Assembly (NCBI GenBank): GCA_046047895.1
Contig: JBJOHE010000412.1
Location: 1-45,086 of the forward strand
Source of the DNA: Planctomycetota bacterium
GTDB taxonomy: Bacteria > Planctomycetota > Planctomycetia > Pirellulales > UBA1268
DNA length: 45,086 nucleotides
Reading direction: 5' to 3'
The position numbers and the translations under genes were made by a program. Positions 39,849 through 45,086 of this stretch are shown piece after piece. Under the pieces are notes generated by a model that saw only the letters and a list, made by a program, of their open reading frames with translations, was not told the DNA's origin and did not search any database. Position 1 is the first letter of the stretch. Each line of letters begins with the position of its first letter.

Positions 39849-41603
39849 ATGCCGGCAGACCTGATTCTCAAGGCCCTGACCATCATCACGATGGATGCCA
39901 CCGCGGCCCGGGCCGAGGCGGTGGCCATCGACACCACAAGCGGAAGGATCGCCGCCGTCGGCACGCTCGCCGCCTGCCGGGAGGCCGGGCCGGCAGCGGT
40001 GGTCAAGGATCTCGGTGACACCGTCCTGATGCCGGGCTTCATCGACCCCCACAGCCATCCGCTGCTGGGGGGCATCGTGACCCAGGAGCCCGCCTACTGG
40101 ATCTCGCCGCATCGCGGGTACGCGACCTTCGCCGACGTCGAGGCGCTCTGGCGGAAGATCGACGCGGAGTTGCCCGCCGGCCAGCCTGTGGTCTGCAACG
40201 GTCTCGACCGGCTGTTGCAGGAGGCTCCCGAGCTCACCAACCGGCAGCTCGACAGTTATTTCCCATCTCGGCCGGCGGTGATCCTGGATAACTCGGGGCA
40301 CGAGGTCTACTTCAATTCGGCCGTGATCGTGCGGACCGGCTGGGCCGGCGGCAAGCCTCCGGCCGATCCGGTGGGCGCGCGGTTCGGCCGCAATCCCGAC
40401 GGCACCTCCAACGGCCGGGCCTACGAGACCGCGGCGATCGCTGCGGCCGTGCTCGAGGTGATGAAAGCCGCCGTCCCGAATCCGCTTCGGTCGGCCGCAA
40501 AATGGTATGCCCTGATGGCCGACAACGGCATCACGGCCACCACGGAACACACCTACGATTCGGCGCTGCTCCCCGGCTATGTGGCCCTGGCCGGCGTGCC
40601 CGATTGCCCGCTTCGGGTCGCGCTCTACCACATGTCGATCGATCCGACCTGCGGCGAGGAGGTGACCACGCCGATTCCGGAGGAACTGCTCTGGAAGCAG
40701 GGCATCAAGCTCTGGGCGGACGGTTCTCCCTGGGTGGGCACGATCGCAGCGTCGTTTCCTTATCTCGACAACGCCACCACCCGCCGGGCCGAGATCCCGC
40801 TCGGGCCGGCCGGCGAAACGATGCTCAATTATCCGCGGTCGAAGCTCGACGAGATCCTCGCCCGCCATGCCCCCGAGGGCTGGCAGATGGCGTTTCACGT
40901 CAATGGCGACGTGGGGCTCGATGTGGTGCTCGATGCCTACGAGCGGGCGCTCGCGGCGAACGGCTTGGCCGGCAAGGATCATCGCTGGCGGCTCGAGCAT
41001 TGCGGCGGCGGGCGGGGCGACCAGTTCGCCCGGGCCGCGGGGATGGGCGTGGCGGTGTCGCTGCTGCCCGCCCAGTTCATCTATTGGGGCGACCTGCTCG
41101 ACGGCACGATGTTCGCACCCGAGATCGGCAGCCAGTGGGTTCGGGCCGGTGATGCGGTGCGGGCCGGGGCGTCGGTGTCGTTCCACAACGACGGCTGCGT
41201 GAGCCCGCCGATTCCGCTGCTCAACATCCAGGCCATGGTGACGCGTCGCACTCCCTCGGGGCGGGTGCATGCCGCGAACCAGGCGGTGACGCTCCATGAG
41301 GCGTTTCGGGCCCACACGACCGCTGCCGCCTACCAGATCGGCCGCGACCGTGATCTCGGCTCGATCGAGGTCGGGAAGTGCGCCGACTTCGTCGAACTGT
41401 CGGCCGATCCATTCACCGTCGATCCGAACAAACTGATCGAGCAGGTGCGGGTAAAGGCCACCTGGCGGTCGGGCCGGCGAATCGACCTCGACCGATTCCT
41501 CGAGCAGGTCGAGGCGATCGATCCGGCGGCGTTCCGCAGCCTCGCGGCCAAGGCCGCAGGTCGCCACGTCTGCTCCCACGGCGGCCAAGGCTGCGGCCAC
41601 TAG
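39849..41603 (+). CDS. Amidohydrolase-3 (YtcJ-like metal-dependent hydrolase) family protein
   Basis: Motifs seen: LMPGFIDPHSHP, FHVNGD, RLEHCG, SFHNDG. There is an unusual Cys/His-rich C-terminal tail, HVCSHGGQGCGH. Confidence 0.85.
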   Translation: MPADLILKALTIITMDATAARAEAVAIDTTSGRIAAVGTLAACREAGPAAVVKDLGDTVLMPGFIDPHSHPLLGGIVTQEPAYWISPHRGYATFADVEALWRKIDAELPAGQPVVCNGLDRLLQEAPELTNRQLDSYFPSRPAVILDNSGHEVYFNSAVIVRTGWAGGKPPADPVGARFGRNPDGTSNGRAYETAAIAAAVLEVMKAAVPNPLRSAAKWYALMADNGITATTEHTYDSALLPGYVALAGVPDCPLRVALYHMSIDPTCGEEVTTPIPEELLWKQGIKLWADGSPWVGTIAASFPYLDNATTRRAEIPLGPAGETMLNYPRSKLDEILARHAPEGWQMAFHVNGDVGLDVVLDAYERALAANGLAGKDHRWRLEHCGGGRGDQFARAAGMGVAVSLLPAQFIYWGDLLDGTMFAPEIGSQWVRAGDAVRAGASVSFHNDGCVSPPIPLLNIQAMVTRRTPSGRVHAANQAVTLHEAFRAHTTAAAYQIGRDRDLGSIEVGKCADFVELSADPFTVDPNKLIEQVRVKATWRSGRRIDLDRFLEQVEAIDPAAFRSLAAKAAGRHVCSHGGQGCGH

Positions 41604-41829
41604 ACCGCTTCAGGATCCATGTCTTGCCGGCTCGGGGCGGCAGCGGTCTGGTCGTGACCGTTTCTTCATCCCACCCAAGGTCTGGTGAGAGAGTCCCCTT
41701 GTCCCGATGGGGGCAGGAAAGGTCCCACCACGGAAGAAGTGGGCCCATCTGGGTTTTTCGTGGGAAGACGCGAAGCGGCCGAGTTCAGTCAAGCATCACG
41801 AGGTCCGCGAGTCGGCCGGTGAGCCGTGG

Positions 41830-42981
41830 TCAGCCGGCGCTGCCGCTGACGAGTAGTTTGCCGTCGGCCCCGACCTGCGAGAAGCGGATGTCGAGCGTGC
41901 GAAGGAAGGTCTGGAGTCCGGCGTCCTGGATCGGGAGCACGTGGGCGGGTGCGTCGGTCTCGTTGTGGTGGGAATGCCAGAGGCCTGGGGGGGTGACGAA
42001 CACGGAGTGGGTCTCCCAGTCGAACCGTTCCGGATCGGCAATCGTGCCGTCCTCGGCCAGGTGCGGGCCCACGAGGGTGTAGCATCCAGGCGGGGCATCG
42101 ACCACGAGATCGACCGCGACCGACTGATGCCGGTGGGGTGCCTGAACGGTTCGGGGAGGCAGCAGCCCGAACATCGCCCAGAGCACGTGGCTTACCGTCT
42201 GAGTGTCGGGAAACCGGCTGTTGCCCAGGAGCACGCTCAGCCGATTTGCCCGCGTGCTGGCCGGGTCGGCGACGATCTCGGCCAGCACCTCCCGGATGGC
42301 GGCTGCGGTATGGAGCGTGGGCTCGAACCGCGGCTGCGTGGCTTCGGCGCCGAGATACCGCATCAGTGGCTCATCGTGAACCCAGTAGAGCGCGGCGTCG
42401 GAGTCTGCCTCGTGGCGGGCCGGTGAGCCTGCGGGCAATGTGAACAGGTCACCGGTCTCCCACGGAAGATGGTCGCCGCCGCTCCTTTCGCCTCCGCCAA
42501 GCACGGTACGGCCATGTCCCCGCATCACAAAGAAGAGCTGGCTCGTGGCATTGGCAGCGGTGGCCACGGCATCGCCGGACTGGACTCGCACGAAGCTCGA
42601 ACATAGTCCGGGCGTCGTGGCCGGTCCGGAGCATCGCAACGCCGCCGATAGATCCAACGGCACGACGCCGCTGGGGCCCGTTTCGTGGAGCCGGGCGGGA
42701 AACCGGCCTCCCGGAATCGGAGGAACAGCCCCAGATGCCAGTGGATTCGACGCCCGTCGGTAGTCGTGGATCTCAGCGGCGGCGGTGAGCCGGGCGATGT
42801 CGGGGGCGGGAGTGGAGGTCGTGACGTGATTGATGACGAGGCTCCTTATGTATGGTCCGAGGAACGAGAGCGATCCGCAGGTATCCAGTCCCGGGGTCGA
42901 CACGGGGCCTGGCTGCGGATCACTTGGGCGTGGCTTTGAGAAAGGAGAACGGCTCGGCGGGGCGAAGCGAGGCCGACGCAT
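41830..42981 (-). CDS. Bicupin protein (gentisate-1,2-dioxygenase-like fold); start codon uncertain
   Basis: Cupin-type segments are FFVMRGHGRTV...GDLFTLPAG and QAPHRHQSVAVDLVV...HSVFVTPPGLWHSHHN. The ATG at 42981 overlaps the upstream gene by 62 nt and encodes Pro/Arg/Ser-rich sequence. A strong TAAGGAG at 42842-42848 has no canonical start after it. Confidence 0.65.
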   Translation of the reverse strand: MRRPRFAPPSRSPFSKPRPSDPQPGPVSTPGLDTCGSLSFLGPYIRSLVINHVTTSTPAPDIARLTAAAEIHDYRRASNPLASGAVPPIPGGRFPARLHETGPSGVVPLDLSAALRCSGPATTPGLCSSFVRVQSGDAVATAANATSQLFFVMRGHGRTVLGGGERSGGDHLPWETGDLFTLPAGSPARHEADSDAALYWVHDEPLMRYLGAEATQPRFEPTLHTAAAIREVLAEIVADPASTRANRLSVLLGNSRFPDTQTVSHVLWAMFGLLPPRTVQAPHRHQSVAVDLVVDAPPGCYTLVGPHLAEDGTIADPERFDWETHSVFVTPPGLWHSHHNETDAPAHVLPIQDAGLQTFLRTLDIRFSQVGADGKLLVSGSAG

Positions 42982-43996
42982 CGCCGGAGTAGGTTTGACC
43001 GCCTTTGAGCGGGAGCCGCTTCACGGGGCTGCCAGCGGTGAAATCGAGTTCCGCGAGGGGCACCCAAAACACCGTCGGACTCGTCGCCGAGTCGAAGTAG
43101 AGAACGCGGTCTTTCTGGTCGTGCACCGTCCGCCAGATCGTGCTGGCCACGTTTGGTTCGCCGGGGGTGGAGATGCCGAGCGGAGCGGAGGCGTTGCGGA
43201 TCACGCTGAGCACCGATGCGATCGCCTTCGGGCCGGTGACGTCATCGGGGATCGCGCCGATATAGAAGCTCGCCCGGACAAACCGGTCACTCGCCCGGAT
43301 CGTGCCCGGCAGCATCACGTCGCCACCGATCTCTTTCCAGTAAGCGTTCAGGGCGAGTTGATCGTCGAAGGGAGGGGAGTTGGTCATCACGGTGTATTGC
43401 GGGCCATGATGGATCCGGAGCCGGCCGCCGATGTATTCGAAGATGGCCGAGTCGCCCGAGGGATCCGAGATGGCGAGGTGGCCCACGCCCGGTTCGCCAT
43501 TGGGGAGCACCGGAGCAATGATCGTGAACGGCTCCTTCTCGAGGTCGGCCACCGCCTCGGCCACGGTGGCGTGGGAGTCGAGCACATACTGGGCCCAGCC
43601 CCCGATCGAGAGGTTCGGCCGATTGGCCACGCTGCCGCCGTAGTCGCTTTCGGCCAGGTAGAGCAGGTTGGCCACGAGTCCCTTTTCGTTCATGCCACAG
43701 GCGGTGGCGACGCCGTAGAAACTCACGGCGACGGAGCCATGGCGGCTCGTCCAGGAAAAGCTCTCGGGGCCGGCGTTGCCGTGGCGGAGCGTGCCTCTGG
43801 GGAAGACCCAGATCTCGGAGCCCGGATCCTCGACCCAGTCCATCGACCGGCCGACGACCACGCAGCCATCGGCGAAGCAGTGGAGGCAGCGGGTGCATGC
43901 TGCCGCCGGATGTGCGGCCAGAAGTGACGCGAGCACCGACACGATCAGGGCAATCGAAAGCCGGTTGAGCTGTGTCAGCGCGAGATGCGAGACCAT
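42920..43996 (-). CDS. Choloylglycine hydrolase / penicillin V acylase (Ntn, linear amide C-N hydrolase) family, secreted
   Basis: The signal peptide ends ...AAHPAAAC, giving a Cys nucleophile. Family pattern follows: GRSMDW, VFPRG, W.S.HGSV, GMNEKGLVANLLYL. Confidence 0.85.
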   Translation of the reverse strand: MVSHLALTQLNRLSIALIVSVLASLLAAHPAAACTRCLHCFADGCVVVGRSMDWVEDPGSEIWVFPRGTLRHGNAGPESFSWTSRHGSVAVSFYGVATACGMNEKGLVANLLYLAESDYGGSVANRPNLSIGGWAQYVLDSHATVAEAVADLEKEPFTIIAPVLPNGEPGVGHLAISDPSGDSAIFEYIGGRLRIHHGPQYTVMTNSPPFDDQLALNAYWKEIGGDVMLPGTIRASDRFVRASFYIGAIPDDVTGPKAIASVLSVIRNASAPLGISTPGEPNVASTIWRTVHDQKDRVLYFDSATSPTVFWVPLAELDFTAGSPVKRLPLKGGQTYSGDASASLRPAEPFSFLKATPK

Positions 43997-44059
43997 GGGA
44001 TGAGTTCCGGGGAGGGTGACGGACGGGCGGGCGTCGAGTCGCCCGAAACTCCCCCAAAA

Positions 44060-44133
<74 letters not shown>

Positions 44134-44166
44134 ATCGTCGCGATTCGGGCACTGGATCGATCGCCT

Positions 44167-44182
44167 GCGGCCAATTGGCCGC
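44167..44182. promoter_or_regulatory. Perfect 16-bp palindrome upstream of the tRNA-Arg gene (candidate operator/promoter element)
   Basis: GCGGCCAATTGGCCGC read directly from the sequence, 34-49 nt upstream of the tRNA 5' end. Confidence 0.3.
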
Positions 44183-44312
44183 TGCCCGCCACGCTTCCGC
44201 CGAGTGTACCAGGGCCACCCCAGCCGGTACAGGAGCCGCCTTTCCTGCGGCACGCATGCGGCTGCCGAAAGCTTGGAGCCGGCCGCGGCCCCACGGTTTG
44301 CCCGGAAACAGC

Positions 44313-45086
44313 TCAGGCCGAACGCCGGAGCGGCTGATCCGCGGCCTCGGTCGCCTCCACGCCCCGCCGGGCATGCCGCCCCGGGAGGGAGTGGCCTCGG
44401 TCGATCCGCAGCGTGCGGCCGTCGTCGGCTCCGGCCGGCCGCCGGCCAGCCTGCGACTTGAGGGCCTCGAGTTCCCGGGTTCGCCGCATGCACGAACCAA
44501 ATTGCACGAGCGCCGTCAGTCGGCCGGCCAGCATCGGCAGCGTGCCGAACGGTGCCACTGCCAGCGAATGGCGGGCGATCTCACCGAGATGAGCCGCCAG
44601 GGCAGCCGCCACCGGCTCCGCCGCGAGCGCTCGCCAGAAGAGTCGCTCCGATCGCAGCCCTTCCTGATACCGCGAGCAGTGCGCTGCGGTCGGCCCGGCC
44701 ACCACCCGGCACTCGGGTTCGAGCACCACGGTGTCGCCGCCACAGGCCAGCGTGGCCGACATGTCGGCCGCGGCCAGCGGGTCGCCACAGGTGGTCGAGA
44801 AGCCCACGCCATTGAGCACGTCCGCCCGCCAGAACCCGGCCTCGAGTTCGGGCGCTGCCGGAGCGGTGATCGATCCGGCCGTGAAGCCTTCGATCCGGTC
44901 ACGGCCCCTGCCAGGGAGATTTCGGCAGCATCTGCCGCCCGCCGTCCGGCGCACGCCCGCGGCCACCACCCGGCTGCGGTCATCTGCCGACACCGCCACG
45001 GGCACCACGGCTCCGACGGCCGGGTCGTCGAACCGGGCGACCGCCGCATTGGCCCAGCCCTCCGTCGCCCTCCAGCCGGCGGCCAA
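44313..45086 (-). CDS. Glycosyltransferase family 2-like protein, C-terminal part (5' end outside the window)
   Basis: The ORF is open to the window edge. FDDPAVGAVVPV and AGFWRADVLNGVGF ... AADMSATLACGGDTVVLEP resemble the distal half of GT2 catalytic domains. This is a weak by-eye assignment. Confidence 0.5.
   Translation of the reverse strand: MAAGWRATEGWANAAVARFDDPAVGAVVPVAVSADDRSRVVAAGVRRTAGGRCCRNLPGRGRDRIEGFTAGSITAPAAPELEAGFWRADVLNGVGFSTTCGDPLAAADMSATLACGGDTVVLEPECRVVAGPTAAHCSRYQEGLRSERLFWRALAAEPVAAALAAHLGEIARHSLAVAPFGTLPMLAGRLTALVQFGSCMRRTRELEALKSQAGRRPAGADDGRTLRIDRGHSLPGRHARRGVEATEAADQPLRRSA

Noticed and set aside
39822-41600. 592-aa ORF on the minus strand.
   Set aside because: It is an exact antisense mirror of the amidohydrolase gene. 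The translation is Arg/Gly/Pro/His-rich with no recognisable motifs. This is a typical high-GC shadow ORF.
41713-41757. SRP-RNA-like motif (CAGGAAAGGTCC...GGAA tetraloop).
   Set aside because: It lacks the highly conserved GGAAGCAGCC 3' side of SRP domain IV, and the flanking helix does not resemble 4.5S RNA.

Overview
The window is a GC-rich chromosomal segment (third codon positions are almost all G/C) that looks planctomycetal. Supporting signs are a DUF1559/H-X9-DG gene with a prepilin-type N-terminus, three PEP-CTERM-tailed proteins, giant proteins built from autotransporter-associated beta-strand (PATR) repeats with dockerin-like ends, and an N-terminal 'LERLEDRRLLAG' motif. I can support about 33 protein genes, one tRNA-Arg(CCG) and two reasonable intrinsic terminators. 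I saw no rRNA, CRISPR array, transposase, integrase or phage genes.

Housekeeping content: an overlapping tyrA / purS-purS-purL / purQ operon, a DEAD-box helicase, a beta-carbonic anhydrase, a MazG-like pyrophosphohydrolase, an HDAC-family deacetylase, a SAM methyltransferase and an SLC13 permease with TrkA-C domains.

Accessory content: a 1,280-aa secreted protein (malectin-like, F5/8C-like, PQQ-type sugar dehydrogenase propeller, PATR, dockerin-like); a 1,643-aa LamG/PATR/PEP-CTERM protein overlapping a DUF1559 gene and followed by a small lipoprotein gene; a tandem double FAD-oxidoreductase fusion; and an amidohydrolase, a bicupin and an Ntn (choloylglycine-type) hydrolase next to the tRNA.

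Items most worth a second look:
- A cytoplasmic solenoid protein made of about 15 tandem 23-residue units, sitting directly upstream of a GGQ (release-factor-like) protein with a non-ArfB C-terminus, and apparently cutting off a small conserved-looking ORF.
- An acyltransferase-3 gene with an internal ankyrin insertion, broken by a single frameshift at a G5C3 run.
- A perfect 23-bp direct repeat bracketing a 122-bp hairpin-containing spacer between two convergent genes.
- A ~130-aa C-terminal module shared by the two giant proteins.
- Two unusually long (336 and 385 nt) non-coding leaders.

All family assignments come from motif recognition by eye and memory. No searches were run. Many long ORFs in the track are antisense or out-of-frame artefacts of high GC and were rejected.
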